A stretch of 64,000 nucleotides of DNA from assembly GCA_023245335.1 (NCBI GenBank), contig JAHFKK010000001.1, forward strand, positions 936,019-1,000,018, given 5' to 3'. Position 1 is the first letter of the stretch. Each line of letters begins with the position of its first letter. The position numbers and the translations under genes were made by a program. Source of the stretch: Candidatus Gottesmanbacteria bacterium. Its GTDB lineage: Bacteria; Patescibacteriota; Microgenomatia; UBA10105; UBA927. Shown here one piece after another: positions 38,385 through 49,351 of this stretch. The notes below the pieces were generated by a model. That model searched no databases. It saw nothing but the letters and a program-made list of their open reading frames with translations, and was not told the DNA's origin.

Positions 38385-39959
38385 ATGAGGACTCACCGGA
38401 TACTTTGGCTCATCGCGCTTCTATTTTTGGTCATCGGGTGCCTCACGATACATGACTACAACATCACCTGGGACGAACCCGAGAATTTCATGATCGGCAG
38501 GATTTACTTCAACGCATACCTCCATCCGCTTTCAGACATCCTTGCACACCCGACGACACTCCCAATCCCTCCACCCCTGCCTTTCCGAACGGAAACGCAT
38601 TATGAACGATATCCGCCGTTTGCGGACACGCTCGCCTCCATTACCTCGTTCGCCCTTGGTGAGCGCGCAAAGCTCCTCGATCCTATCGCGGCCCATCATC
38701 TCACCGCAGTTATATTCGGATCTCTTGCCATACTTACGACCGGACTCATCACCGTCGAGCTGACCGAGTCCCCGATTGCCGCTATAGTCGCCGCACTCGC
38801 GCTTGCCACCTATCCGCTGTTTATCGGGTTAAGCCACACCGACATCAAAGACGTACCGGGGGCCGCGATGTTTACGCTCACGATATATACGATTCTTCGC
38901 GCTATCAAAAAGAAATCATACATCACCACACTTATCGCGGGTATGACGTGGGGTATGGCTCTGGCAACAAAAGTTTCAAATACGTTTGCACCGGTTGTTA
39001 TCGCCGTCACGCTTCTTCTGACAATGCGTGTATGGCATCGCCGCCTTCTCCATCAGTCGATAAACCATGTCGTACTTTTTTCCCTGGCAGGTGGCACGTC
39101 ACTTCTCGCTGCTTGGCCCTGGCTTATCACGGACACTATCCCACACCTATTATTAATTTATCAGTATATAAACGAGGTTGGGAGAGGATTACCTGTGTTG
39201 TTCGCCGGCCGAGTCTATCACGCCGGTATTGATACACCTTGGTATTATGCGCCAGTATCTATTGCTGTCGTCACTCCTATCCCCATGCTTCTTGCCGCTA
39301 TCTTAGGTATCGGGGTAAGTATTCATCGCCAAAAAAATGAACAGGGAAAGCCTCTCCTCCTGCTTCCGGTCGTTTGGGTATGTATCATACTTACTCGCTA
39401 TCTCTTTCCGTCTATCACTGTCTACAACGGTATACGACAATTTTTGGAAGTTATACCTGCTATAGCCATACTGACCGGCATCGGCGTCGGTTGGATCATA
39501 CGGAAATTCGGAACTATGACACGATTTTCCCCAATATTGACGGCACTTACTCTCGCGGTTCTTTTTATTCCGACCGCACGAAACGACGTCGTATTACATC
39601 CGTATGAGATGCTCTATTTCAACAGAATGAGCGGCGGAATCCAAAAAGCCTCAACAACGTATGAATTCGACTATTGGGGATTTTCTGCCGGCGAACTGGT
39701 TAAACGCGTCAACGCATTGCCCGAAGTCCAGGGGAAAACGGTAAATATAAATTGGCTGGATTTCCCGTCCTGGTATTTCCCTGATAACCGCCTTACATTC
39801 GTCCCGAGTGACGCAAGCCCCGATTACGTGATCGTGCCTCATTCCGAAAACTTTTTTGTAGGCGCCAAAACATACTGGGACACACACGGGAGACGTCTCT
39901 ACACCATAACACGGGTGGGCGCTGAAGTCGGCTACCTGTACGAGGCGGTGAAACCCTGA
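38385..39959 (+). CDS. GT-C fold glycosyltransferase (PMT/ArnT-like)
   Basis: Polytopic membrane protein; DEPENF loop motif after TM1. The ORF track start at 38265 overlaps the divergent sigma gene, so the internal Met was used. Confidence 0.65.
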   Translation: MRTHRILWLIALLFLVIGCLTIHDYNITWDEPENFMIGRIYFNAYLHPLSDILAHPTTLPIPPPLPFRTETHYERYPPFADTLASITSFALGERAKLLDPIAAHHLTAVIFGSLAILTTGLITVELTESPIAAIVAALALATYPLFIGLSHTDIKDVPGAAMFTLTIYTILRAIKKKSYITTLIAGMTWGMALATKVSNTFAPVVIAVTLLLTMRVWHRRLLHQSINHVVLFSLAGGTSLLAAWPWLITDTIPHLLLIYQYINEVGRGLPVLFAGRVYHAGIDTPWYYAPVSIAVVTPIPMLLAAILGIGVSIHRQKNEQGKPLLLLPVVWVCIILTRYLFPSITVYNGIRQFLEVIPAIAILTGIGVGWIIRKFGTMTRFSPILTALTLAVLFIPTARNDVVLHPYEMLYFNRMSGGIQKASTTYEFDYWGFSAGELVKRVNALPEVQGKTVNINWLDFPSWYFPDNRLTFVPSDASPDYVIVPHSENFFVGAKTYWDTHGRRLYTITRVGAEVGYLYEAVKP

Positions 39960-39960
39960 T

Positions 39961-41769
39961 TTATCCTACCAAATCATACTTCTCAAGTGCCTTCATTCGC
40001 TCCTCTCCTGTGGCACCCAAGAGCGTTTTCTGAAGCATGATCATCTTGGCGTAGAGTCCCGACGTTTGTTTCATGAGATCCTTGGGGGTCCCAAACTGCG
40101 ATATTTTTCCCTCCGAGAGAACGAGGATCTTATCCACTCCCGACAATGTTGAGAGCCGGTGCGCGATGATAATCGTCGTTTTGCCGCGCGTCAGATGATC
40201 CAATCCCTGCTGGACCAGAAGTTCCGACCGGCTGTCGAGTGAACTCGTCGCTTCGTCGAGAATGATAAGCGGTGCATCATGGAGAATGGCCCTCGCTATG
40301 GCAAGACGCTGCTTCTGTCCGCCGGAAAGTTTCACCCCGCGCTCCCCGATAGTGGTTTCGTATTTCTTCTCAAGCGTATCTATAAATTCCGTCGCATTGG
40401 CGAGTCTTGCAGCTTCTCGAACTTCTGCATCGGTCGCGTCCGGGCTGCCATACCGGATATTTTCTGCAATCGTTCCCGAGAATAACAGCGCATCCTGGAA
40501 TACGATGGATATATGTTTGCGAAGCGATTCAGCGGTAACACCGCTGACGTCTTTTCTCGCCAGACGGATACTACCCAAGCGCGGGACATAATATCGGAGG
40601 ATAAGGTTCACAAGCGTTGACTTCCCCTGCCCGCTTTCGCCGACAAGAGCTAGCTTCTCTCCGTAGCCCAACGCAAACGAAATATCTTTAAGGACATCTC
40701 GTTTGTTCCCGTAGGAAAACGATACACCATCAAATGATAGGCTCGATCCTTTGGGCGTCTTCGGCCAAGTGAGTGCTGCGGCACCAGCCCGATCCTGTAT
40801 GATCTGCGACGTAGCGAGTACGGCAAAAAAATCTTTACTGCCGGCATCCGCCTGCTGTATTTGCCCGATGATAAACGACATGGCAAAGAGCGGAAACCGG
40901 GCCTGATTGACGAGCTGAAGCATAAGGGTCATTTCACCCAACGTGTAAGATCTCCGGTACGTCATAAACAGGATATAGGAAACGATACAAAAAAGAATGA
41001 TGTTGAGCGCAATCCTCCTATAGAAATCAAAGATATGCCATTCTTTGGATTGCACGCGCGTAATTTTTTCGATTTCGTCACGGGCCCGCCGAAACGCACC
41101 AAATTCGAATACTTCCCCCAAAAACGCTTTCACTACCCGTATGCCCGCGAGACTTTCAAGCGCTCTCCCCTGAGACATATCTGCGATCGCGTTTTTTTCT
41201 CCTTCGTGTTTCCCCCACGCCATCGAGGACCGATGGGTGATCACGATATAGATCGGAAACAACGCGGCCAAAAGAATTGCGACGATCGGTGAATAGAACA
41301 TAAGGATCGCGATCGTAATGATGGCGGTTAAGAAAAACGGCAGGAAGTTGTTCGTCGCGTTCTGGATGAAATTGGTGATGCTTTCTATGCCTCTATACAT
41401 TTTGTTCACGAGATTCCCGACCGCTATGTTGTCAAAGTACCCGACATCCAGACTTAATACGTGCTTATAAAATTTTGCCGATAAATACGACTGCAGTTTC
41501 ACGGCTAACAGATCGCCGATATACATGCCTACCGCGGTAAGTATCGTACCAAAAATGTCGGAAACGATGAGAATAGCGAGCGCCACATAGAGAATGTGCA
41601 ATTCGTTTTTACCGGTCAACAGTTGCGCAGTGATGCCGTCAACGATTTGCTTGAGGACAAAAGGCCCGACGAAACTCAAAAGCGATGATGCGATGATAAA
41701 AATACTCATCCCGACGTACCAACCGGTGAACGACTTGGTGAAGCGGAATATATTGAAAATGTTTTTCAT
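39961..41769 (-). CDS. ABC exporter, fused permease/ATPase (MsbA-like)
   Basis: 6-TM domain plus NBD with Walker A GESGQGKST, signature LSGGQKQRLAIARA, Walker B ILDEATS. Confidence 0.9.
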   Translation of the reverse strand: MKNIFNIFRFTKSFTGWYVGMSIFIIASSLLSFVGPFVLKQIVDGITAQLLTGKNELHILYVALAILIVSDIFGTILTAVGMYIGDLLAVKLQSYLSAKFYKHVLSLDVGYFDNIAVGNLVNKMYRGIESITNFIQNATNNFLPFFLTAIITIAILMFYSPIVAILLAALFPIYIVITHRSSMAWGKHEGEKNAIADMSQGRALESLAGIRVVKAFLGEVFEFGAFRRARDEIEKITRVQSKEWHIFDFYRRIALNIILFCIVSYILFMTYRRSYTLGEMTLMLQLVNQARFPLFAMSFIIGQIQQADAGSKDFFAVLATSQIIQDRAGAAALTWPKTPKGSSLSFDGVSFSYGNKRDVLKDISFALGYGEKLALVGESGQGKSTLVNLILRYYVPRLGSIRLARKDVSGVTAESLRKHISIVFQDALLFSGTIAENIRYGSPDATDAEVREAARLANATEFIDTLEKKYETTIGERGVKLSGGQKQRLAIARAILHDAPLIILDEATSSLDSRSELLVQQGLDHLTRGKTTIIIAHRLSTLSGVDKILVLSEGKISQFGTPKDLMKQTSGLYAKMIMLQKTLLGATGEERMKALEKYDLVG

Positions 41770-42075
41770 TCCGGGTTAGATTATGAATCTTCGAAATATG
41801 ACAACTCCCGAATTTATTGTACGATTCGTTACAAAAATTGTCGATTCCATGAGTTTCTATCATACTACAATTCCACGGGTTTCGTCCTTTACAGAAATGA
41901 CATGATAGAGAGGAGTGACGGAACGCTGTCGATGAAAGGAGCGGTATGAAAAAATATTGTCAATCCTCCACATCTGACTTGTGACCAAAGTATACGCATA
42001 AGGAGCAAGGCCCGGATCCCGCATGAATGAGCACACGCTTGATTTTCGACCCAAAGCGTAGCACAATAGTATGCA

Positions 42076-42477
42076 ATGAGGAAAACACCAAACACATTCA
42101 TCTACGTCATCGCGCTTTTCGGACTCATAATCGTCGGCGTCGTCACCACCGCAATTATAAACGTCGTCAAAAACAACCAGACAGCACCGACGGATATACG
42201 CGCTCGCGCAGGGGTCGTCAACATCATCAAATTGGTAGGCACGGTCGCAAGCGTCAATAGTGCGGACGGGACGCTAATGGTCGAGAATGTACAATTCAGT
42301 CCGGAAAGCAGGAGCGGTCCGGCAATCAATTACGGCACGTGGACAGTCACGATTCCGACAAGCTTCAACCTTTTATCCGCTTCCGTGGGAACGAACGTGA
42401 GTTTTGTCGTGAACGCATCTTCATTTGATGTCGCGACCCACAAAGTCAGCGCAACACAAATCACGGTAACCCGCTAA
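42076..42477 (+). CDS. Hypothetical membrane-anchored beta-domain protein
   Basis: N-terminal TM helix followed by a beta-rich domain similar in character to the 9390 protein. Confidence 0.45.
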   Translation: MRKTPNTFIYVIALFGLIIVGVVTTAIINVVKNNQTAPTDIRARAGVVNIIKLVGTVASVNSADGTLMVENVQFSPESRSGPAINYGTWTVTIPTSFNLLSASVGTNVSFVVNASSFDVATHKVSATQITVTR

Positions 42478-43304
42478 CGAAGTCCATCGAGTGTATGACT
42501 CTCCCCGGCGTTTACTGTCCGTTCTGGCATATCGTGACGAATGATATGGGCCGACCCTGTCCCCAACACCTCAAACGTGTTCTTTGCGCTGTCGATACAG
42601 CAGGCTGTCGTTTCGTCGATTCCCAGAATTGTTATGTTGGGAGGCAGCATACGACGAAGTGTCTCAAATCGCTTCATGCCCATCCAGCAGCGCGTCGTAT
42701 CAAAATCCTCGCCCTCCGTGTTATTCCAATGGGGTATCACGGCAATGGAAATCCCGTAGGGCTTCAATATATCTAATCCCTCTATCCAGTGGATATCCTC
42801 ACCGGCTTTATATATTTCGTACACCGGAAGTGCTACGCGGCCGATCGCGACGGCGGTCGCCGATCCCAAACAAAGCGTCGCTCCCCGTGCGTGAGCCTCC
42901 ATCATGCGCTTCCAGGCGAGCGTATCCCGAAGGTGGGTAATCACATAGCTCGGGCTCCCTGCCCCGCTGTAGAGATAATCAATCTCCCGTATGACATCGA
43001 CCGTGCTTGGGGTATTTGTACTTTTCTCTCCGTCTCTGCGCCAGGCAGGGATGCGCACGATATCGGGTTTCCAGTCGCGTAAATGCTCACGGAAAAAGTC
43101 TTCCATACGCTCCGGCCATCCGTGCATCGCGTTCACCTCGAATCCCGTCGGCGTTTCTAGAATTCCGATTTTTACCGGCGCTGAAAGCGACACACGCCGA
43201 AAAACATCTTCATGTATTTTCCGGCCCGTAGGGGTAAGCTCACCGGAACCGAATAAAACGATGACGCCGGGGGTACGGCTATCACGGCCGGAGCGCCGCG
43301 TCAT
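42474..43304 (-). CDS. Class I glutamine amidotransferase-like / peptidase S51-like protein
   Basis: Flavodoxin-like start VIVLFGSGE; possible nucleophile elbow LCLGSATAV; assignment weak. Confidence 0.4.
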   Translation of the reverse strand: MTRRSGRDSRTPGVIVLFGSGELTPTGRKIHEDVFRRVSLSAPVKIGILETPTGFEVNAMHGWPERMEDFFREHLRDWKPDIVRIPAWRRDGEKSTNTPSTVDVIREIDYLYSGAGSPSYVITHLRDTLAWKRMMEAHARGATLCLGSATAVAIGRVALPVYEIYKAGEDIHWIEGLDILKPYGISIAVIPHWNNTEGEDFDTTRCWMGMKRFETLRRMLPPNITILGIDETTACCIDSAKNTFEVLGTGSAHIIRHDMPERTVNAGESHTLDGLR

Positions 43305-44746
43305 ATGGTCTTTTTTTTTACACGGGAGCCCTGAGGCGTATCCTCTATTTCATATCCGCTCTTGACGATTTGATCGCGGACCGTATCGGATTCTGCGAAT
43401 TTTTTGGCGGCGCGGAATTCATCCCGTTTACGAAGCAGCGCTTGAATGCCGGCAGGCGCCTCTTCCTCCGTCGGCGCTTCAGAAATGTCGGCAAGCTTGA
43501 GACCCAAGACGTCATCAAAATCGAGAAGTAAATCAAATTTATCCTGACTCGGCACATTGGATTTGATAAGCTCCCAGACGACCGCGAGGGCCTGCGGAGT
43601 ATTCATGTCGTTTCCGAGTGCCGAATCAAATTTAGCGCGATACGCGTCTACTTTGGCAAGCTTCTCTTCACTAAGTGCTGAGCGTTCGCGTTTCTCCGCT
43701 TTCAGTTTGCTAATCTGAATTCGTAACTCCGACAGTGCTGATTGCGCAGCATGCAAGGATTCCCAGGTAAAATTGAGTTCGCTGCGGTACTGACTCGTCA
43801 AGTAAAAATATCGGAGCGCCAAAGGATCAATTCCTTTCTTTATCACGTCCTCGACGGTATAAAAATTACCGAAACTCTTACTCATTTTTTTACCGTCTAC
43901 GCGCAGAAAATTATAGTGTATCCAGTACTTCACGAACGGTTGACCGGTCGCTCCCTCACTTTGGGCGATTTCATTGGGATGATGAACCGGTATGTGGTCA
44001 ATGCCGCCGGTGTGAATGTCAAAACTGTCGCCGAGGTATTTCATGCTCATCGCCGAACACTCGATATGCCAGCCAGGGAAACCGTCGCCCCAGGGGCTAT
44101 CCCAATGCATCGCATGATCCGCAAATCTCCCGACACGTTTAAACCATAGCGCGAAATCCGCAGGATGTTTTTTGTGTTCTCCGGTTTGCACGCTGTCGCG
44201 AACCGCTGTTTTTTTCTCCGTGAGTTTCTGGCGCCCGAAAAGTTTATCGTATCCCGGAAAGGTCGTCACGTCGTAGTAGACCGCTTCAGGCGTTTCGTAG
44301 GCGTGACCGCGATCCACGAGCTTTTGTATGAGGGCAATCTGCTCGGCTATGTGCTCCGTGGCTTTACAGATAACGCTCGGCCGCAAGACGTTTAATGAAT
44401 CCATTGTGGTATAAAAATGATCAGTATAAAATTTCGCTACATCCCACACGGTCTTGCCGTACTTTTTTGCACCCTTTTCCATTTTGTCCTCACCCTCATC
44501 CGCGTCTGATGCCAAATGTCCGACATCCGTCACGTTCTGAACATGCGTCACGTCATACCCGAAACGCGTAAGTATGCGCCGTAATACATCGTCACCGACA
44601 TACTTGCGGCCATGGCCGATATGCGCGTAGTCATAGACGGTCATACCGCACGTATAGAGACCCACTTTGGGAGGATGTATGGGCACAAAATCTTCTATCT
44701 TCCGGGTAAAACTGTTATAGATATGAAGCATAGGCAATCTCCACAA
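43301..44746 (-). CDS. cysS: Cysteine--tRNA ligase
   Basis: HIGH motif (HIGHGRKY), KMSKS motif (KMSKSFGN), zinc-binding Cys residues. Confidence 0.9.
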   Translation of the reverse strand: MWRLPMLHIYNSFTRKIEDFVPIHPPKVGLYTCGMTVYDYAHIGHGRKYVGDDVLRRILTRFGYDVTHVQNVTDVGHLASDADEGEDKMEKGAKKYGKTVWDVAKFYTDHFYTTMDSLNVLRPSVICKATEHIAEQIALIQKLVDRGHAYETPEAVYYDVTTFPGYDKLFGRQKLTEKKTAVRDSVQTGEHKKHPADFALWFKRVGRFADHAMHWDSPWGDGFPGWHIECSAMSMKYLGDSFDIHTGGIDHIPVHHPNEIAQSEGATGQPFVKYWIHYNFLRVDGKKMSKSFGNFYTVEDVIKKGIDPLALRYFYLTSQYRSELNFTWESLHAAQSALSELRIQISKLKAEKRERSALSEEKLAKVDAYRAKFDSALGNDMNTPQALAVVWELIKSNVPSQDKFDLLLDFDDVLGLKLADISEAPTEEEAPAGIQALLRKRDEFRAAKKFAESDTVRDQIVKSGYEIEDTPQGSRVKKKTI

Positions 44747-44779
44747 AATACCTTATAGGAGTATATCATACCAAAAATC

Positions 44780-46210
44780 TCAATTCGGTTGATGCAGGAT
44801 TCGGTATACGGATGTTTCATGCGACCGGAAGAAAAGGTCGATATTGCCGTTCTTCTCTAAATTAATAACGCTCGTGATGAACCGCTCGCGGGGGATGAGA
44901 AAGCTTCGTTCATCCCAGTCTCTGGACGTATCGACGATAAGGTAAGAGGGCTTCCCCGCCCAGCGTAACCAATCACAGGTTTTTACCCCGCACGGGCTAT
45001 TTTCCGTAAAGTCCTTCGTCATCGGATATAAGGTGAAAACCAAGGGTCGTTCACTCAAATGCGGGGTAATGTTATTTTGACTGACCACGGATGCGTCTTT
45101 CGGCAGCTGCCGTATCCCCCGCTCGATATCCGTAACACTAGCAGGCATTGTCCAAAACCATCGCTTGGTAAGGTAGCTTAGCGGCAAATGCAGAACGTAC
45201 TGCAGCGCGAGCGCGCAGACAACAAGATAGATCGCGATATAGACCGTGTTCAATTTCTTCCACCGACTGATCACATCTATCGTCGGCAACGCAAGTAATA
45301 CCCCAAGTGTCACCCGATAATGCATAAATAATCCCTGTGCAGCAGTGAAATTCGGAGCGAAAACAAAATAATGGGCCATATCCCCTATCGCTGGAAGGAG
45401 CGTAAGTACGGAGGCGACAGGAAGGAATCCGAACCAGCCAAGCGAATAGAGCCAGGTCTGTCGCTTGTCAGCCGAATCGTAGAACAAAGAAAGACTCACA
45501 TGCTTTCCCAGACCATCCGCAGTTGCATACCGATAGCCATCATGAGTGAAGTGCGGAAAGTAGACGCCAAAAATCGCCGCAAAGTACAGGAGGGATATGA
45601 TTCCGGCAAAAAGAGAATTTCGGTCGCGGCGACGCAAAAAATATACTGCGCTGACGAGCCCGGTCAGAAGTGCTACATCTTCTTTTGAGATAATGGCAAG
45701 TACGAGCGTGATGAATATCCAATGGGTTTGCTCCGCATCCAGAAAGTATATAAACCACGCGAGCGCTGCGGCGCCGAAACTAAGACTGTGTACGTCAAAC
45801 CACACCGCGTTCTGCATGCCGTAAAACATGAGAAAACTTACAAGGAGAGCAAAACATACAACCGGACGTAGCTTCTTTTTCCGGGCTAATAGATAAACAG
45901 GAATCCCTGAAAAGCTAAGCGCTGCCGCCTGCAGTACGAGAAGCATTATCGGACTCCGGTAGAGCCAATAAAACGGTGCTATGAGTACATACATAAGCTC
46001 GACATGATCCGTGAGGATTGAGGTAAACGGATACGCCTGGACCGTCGTGATGGGTGCGCGCAAAATGCTGTAGAGCCAGACAATCTGATCGGTAATACCC
46101 AGATCAAATCCATAGGAACCGAAGTGAAGGTGCCGGATAACCGAAAGAACAGAATAACACACGGCAAAGCCCAAACAAATGAGGATGACCCAACGCAGCT
46201 CTTTTTTCAC
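44780..46210 (-). CDS. DUF2079-like polytopic membrane protein (predicted GT-C-type)
   Basis: At least 12 TM helices, periplasmic C-terminal domain; N-terminal pattern resembles DUF2079. Confidence 0.5.
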   Translation of the reverse strand: MKKELRWVILICLGFAVCYSVLSVIRHLHFGSYGFDLGITDQIVWLYSILRAPITTVQAYPFTSILTDHVELMYVLIAPFYWLYRSPIMLLVLQAAALSFSGIPVYLLARKKKLRPVVCFALLVSFLMFYGMQNAVWFDVHSLSFGAAALAWFIYFLDAEQTHWIFITLVLAIISKEDVALLTGLVSAVYFLRRRDRNSLFAGIISLLYFAAIFGVYFPHFTHDGYRYATADGLGKHVSLSLFYDSADKRQTWLYSLGWFGFLPVASVLTLLPAIGDMAHYFVFAPNFTAAQGLFMHYRVTLGVLLALPTIDVISRWKKLNTVYIAIYLVVCALALQYVLHLPLSYLTKRWFWTMPASVTDIERGIRQLPKDASVVSQNNITPHLSERPLVFTLYPMTKDFTENSPCGVKTCDWLRWAGKPSYLIVDTSRDWDERSFLIPRERFITSVINLEKNGNIDLFFRSHETSVYRILHQPN

Positions 46211-46222
46211 AAAAAAAATTAA

Positions 46223-46708
46223 TTAATCCTGCCGCACGTTTCTACTCATCTCCGTGCTTGATTTCTTCGCCTTCATTCCGTAGAGATCACCCCTCGGACG
46301 TTTGCCGCCGCTTTTGGGCAGGGCCTGTTTCTGCGCCTCCGCCTTTTGCTTCTTTTCTGCTTCCTTCTTTTGTTTTTCCTCTTCCTGAAGTTTCTCCCAA
46401 ACGGTAGGTTCCTTTTGCTGGGAGGTTTTACCGGAAATTTCCTCAAGTGCCTTTCGCGCAATTGCGGACTTCACTTCCTCGCTTTGGCCTGAAGCCGGCG
46501 CTTGTATTCCTTCTTCCTGACCTGGAATTTGCGGGGTATTTTGCGATTGCTGCTTTGGATTCTTTTTTCCTCCCGACGAAACACCAAGACTTTCAAGCGC
46601 CTTGCCTGCAATGTCTTTGGGGGCCTGCACAGCTTCCTGTGCCACGTCTTTGCCGATTTGTTCTATCGACTCGCCTATTTGACCTAAAATTGATCCGGGA
46701 TTTGCCAT
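46223..46708 (-). CDS. Hypothetical Lys/Glu/Gln-rich low-complexity protein
   Basis: Charged, probably disordered; coding status supported only by length and position. Confidence 0.35.
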   Translation of the reverse strand: MANPGSILGQIGESIEQIGKDVAQEAVQAPKDIAGKALESLGVSSGGKKNPKQQSQNTPQIPGQEEGIQAPASGQSEEVKSAIARKALEEISGKTSQQKEPTVWEKLQEEEKQKKEAEKKQKAEAQKQALPKSGGKRPRGDLYGMKAKKSSTEMSRNVRQD

Positions 46709-46709
46709 A

Positions 46710-47009
46710 TTACGCGAATCCTAATTGTTGTTTCGCAGCTATACTCATCCGATCCATATTCCACGGCGGTTCAAACGTCAACTCTACGCGGACTTCTTTG
46801 ACACCGGGTAACTTCCCCACTTCTTTTTTGATGGGGTCTGCGATAAGAGAAAATAGCGGGCACCCGATGGTCGTCAGGGTCATAGTGATTTCGACGACCG
46901 ACCCTTTGGATTTGATGCCGTATATAAGACCCAGATCCCACAGCGACACCCCGATCTCCGGATCCGGTATGTTTCTCAGTATTTCTTCAACTTGTTTTTT
47001 GGTTACCAT
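46710..47009 (-). CDS. DUF59/MIP18-family Fe-S cluster assembly protein (SufT-like)
   Basis: NIPDPEIGVSLWDLGLIYGI...TLTTIGCPL conserved Cys block. Confidence 0.7.
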   Translation of the reverse strand: MVTKKQVEEILRNIPDPEIGVSLWDLGLIYGIKSKGSVVEITMTLTTIGCPLFSLIADPIKKEVGKLPGVKEVRVELTFEPPWNMDRMSIAAKQQLGFA

Positions 47010-47011
47010 AT

Positions 47012-47626
47012 CTAATACTGCGTTCGTCCTTCCAGCGCTCTTGAGAGCGTCACCTCATCGGCGTATTCGATGTCCGCCCCGACCGGCAAGCCATGCGCGA
47101 GTCTGGTAATTCTGATTTTTCGCTCACTGCCTTGGTCAATTTGTTTCTGTATATACATGGCGGTCGCCTCCCCCTCCATGTTGGGATTCATAGCGAGAAT
47201 GACTTCCTCCACATGATCCTCCCGATCACTCACCCGTTTCAACAAATCAGCAAGATATATTTCATCCGGGCCGATGTTATTTAAAGGATCAATCGATCCG
47301 TGCAGCACATGATAGACGCCTTTAAACTTTCCGGTCTTTTCTATCGACAGGACATCGGTCGGTTGCTCGACGACGCAGATAAGCGTTTTTGTTCTCCCCG
47401 GATTGCTGCAAATGATACAGGGATCCTGCTCCGTCACATTTTTGCATAACGAACAAAGGACGGTATTTTTTTTGAGATTCGTGAGACTGTCCGCAAAACC
47501 TTCAAGATCCTCCTGCGGTACATGGAGAAGATAAAACGCCAGCCGTTGGGCCGTTTTGGGACCCACACCCGGAAGTTTCTCAAAACTCTCTATTAATCGC
47601 GATAAGCTTTTTGGTAGAAGTGACAT
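47012..47626 (-). CDS. recR: Recombination protein RecR
   Basis: HhH N-terminus, C4 zinc finger CSLCKNVTEQDPCIICSNPGR, Toprim domain. Confidence 0.9.
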   Translation of the reverse strand: MSLLPKSLSRLIESFEKLPGVGPKTAQRLAFYLLHVPQEDLEGFADSLTNLKKNTVLCSLCKNVTEQDPCIICSNPGRTKTLICVVEQPTDVLSIEKTGKFKGVYHVLHGSIDPLNNIGPDEIYLADLLKRVSDREDHVEEVILAMNPNMEGEATAMYIQKQIDQGSERKIRITRLAHGLPVGADIEYADEVTLSRALEGRTQY

Positions 47627-47704
47627 GGGTTCGTCCTCATACTATACAACAGTCAGAATAATTCAGCAGGTAGACTCGTTGGTAATAGAACAATTTTAGC
47701 GCAT

Positions 47705-48607
47705 TTAGTGCGCAATGGCATCAGAGAGAAGCTTAGCTACCGAAACAACGGTGAGTTTGGCGAAATGTTTTGATCTCGGAATCGCTATCGTATCAGTCAC
47801 GATAACTTCGTTTATGAAACTGTCGGAAAGAAGTGCCACGGCCTCACCGGCAAATACGGCGTGCGTCGCGAGAAAATAGATCGCTTTAGCGCCTTTTTCA
47901 TGCAGAAACTCACTAGTTTTTACCGCGGTCGCGCCGGTATTTATGATGTCATCAAAAATAATAATGGGTTTCCCCGCGACATCACCGGAAATACCGGTCA
48001 CTGTGACTCCCCCCGTTTCGACACTTCTCGTTTTATCTAAATACACGATCTGAAGTCCGACCTCCTTCGCAAACCGTTCGGAGCGGGACTTCCCACCTTT
48101 GTCCGGTGAAACAACAACTGCTTGTTCCCATTTGCCCTTACACTTGGCTTTGAGAGCCTCGGCAAGTACTTCGTGGGTAGACAGCTCGACTGCCGGGATA
48201 TGGAAAAACGGGACAACTGCCTCTGAATGCAGTTCGCAGGCAATGACCCGGTCAAAGCCCGCCGCTTCAATAAATTTCGCGACCAACTGGGCGGATATGG
48301 CTTCTCCTTTGCGGAACGCCTTATCCTGTTTACTGTATCCCATCCACGGAATAACTGCGGTGACTCGTTTGGCACTGAGGCTCTTGAGCGCCTGGCCGAC
48401 AAGGCATAATTCAACCAAACGCTGATCCGCAATTGTCGAAAGCGACTGGATGACGAAGACATCCTTGTCAGCGACGTCTTCTTTCACATATACCCGGCAT
48501 TCGTTATCGATGAAACGCGTTATCTCGACTCCCCCTAATAGTGTATGTGACTCTTTCGCGACGGATCGGGAAAGGGACGGATTAGAAGTACCCGAAAGAA
48601 GAATCAT
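47705..48607 (-). CDS. prs: Ribose-phosphate pyrophosphokinase
   Basis: PRPP-binding loop IIFDDIINTGAT; ELHSEAVVPFFHIP divalent-cation site. Confidence 0.9.
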   Translation of the reverse strand: MILLSGTSNPSLSRSVAKESHTLLGGVEITRFIDNECRVYVKEDVADKDVFVIQSLSTIADQRLVELCLVGQALKSLSAKRVTAVIPWMGYSKQDKAFRKGEAISAQLVAKFIEAAGFDRVIACELHSEAVVPFFHIPAVELSTHEVLAEALKAKCKGKWEQAVVVSPDKGGKSRSERFAKEVGLQIVYLDKTRSVETGGVTVTGISGDVAGKPIIIFDDIINTGATAVKTSEFLHEKGAKAIYFLATHAVFAGEAVALLSDSFINEVIVTDTIAIPRSKHFAKLTVVSVAKLLSDAIAH

Positions 48608-49332
48608 TGGCTTAATCCTAACAAAGTAAGTACCCGTTCGTCCAGAAGCGAGCTGACCGCAAGGTCAGCGCCTGCCGCAATGAGCGAAGCGACCGTATCC
48701 AAATGACCGGTGGCGACGCCCAATGCCATGACGCCCGCAGCTTTTGCGGCACGGATGTCATGAACCGTATCGCCGATGACGACGACTTCCTCTGCAAGAA
48801 ACGTACGGCCGAAACGCTTCTTTGCCTGAGCGATGCCCTCACGAACCAAATCCTCACGTTCTTCCATGCTGTCGCCGAACGCACCAAAATGAAAATGTCC
48901 GTCATATCCGGCGTTTTTTAGCTTCAGCCATGCGTTCTTTTCCACGTTACCCGTCACCAATCCGTAATATATGGCAGGCGGTGGCGGAAGACGGCGAACC
49001 AACTGCATTGCATCCTGAATAGGGGCATACGTAATGCTTCCATCCTTCACGGCGGCTTTCAGATATTTATGAAATACGTCCCTGCCCTCCAGAAATTTCT
49101 CGTCGAACCGTTCACGCGATATGCCCACGAGCTGGGCTATTTTCCACATGATCTTTTTGTCTACCATCCCGTTATAGGAGTTTACGTCGAGCGGGATGGT
49201 CACGGGTACGTGGTAGGTTTCCTCAAATACGGCACGTAAACGGAATTCCCAATAGGCGATACTTTTGTCCGTAACCTGGGTAAGCGTCCCATCGATATCA
49301 AATAATACGAGTGTTTTGTGAGAATTTTTCAT
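48604..49332 (-). CDS. HAD-superfamily hydrolase (subfamily IA)
   Basis: Motif I LVLFDIDGTLT; motif IV GDTVHD. Confidence 0.8.
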   Translation of the reverse strand: MKNSHKTLVLFDIDGTLTQVTDKSIAYWEFRLRAVFEETYHVPVTIPLDVNSYNGMVDKKIMWKIAQLVGISRERFDEKFLEGRDVFHKYLKAAVKDGSITYAPIQDAMQLVRRLPPPPAIYYGLVTGNVEKNAWLKLKNAGYDGHFHFGAFGDSMEEREDLVREGIAQAKKRFGRTFLAEEVVVIGDTVHDIRAAKAAGVMALGVATGHLDTVASLIAAGADLAVSSLLDERVLTLLGLSQ

Positions 49333-49351
49333 GACGCGATGGCATAAAAAA

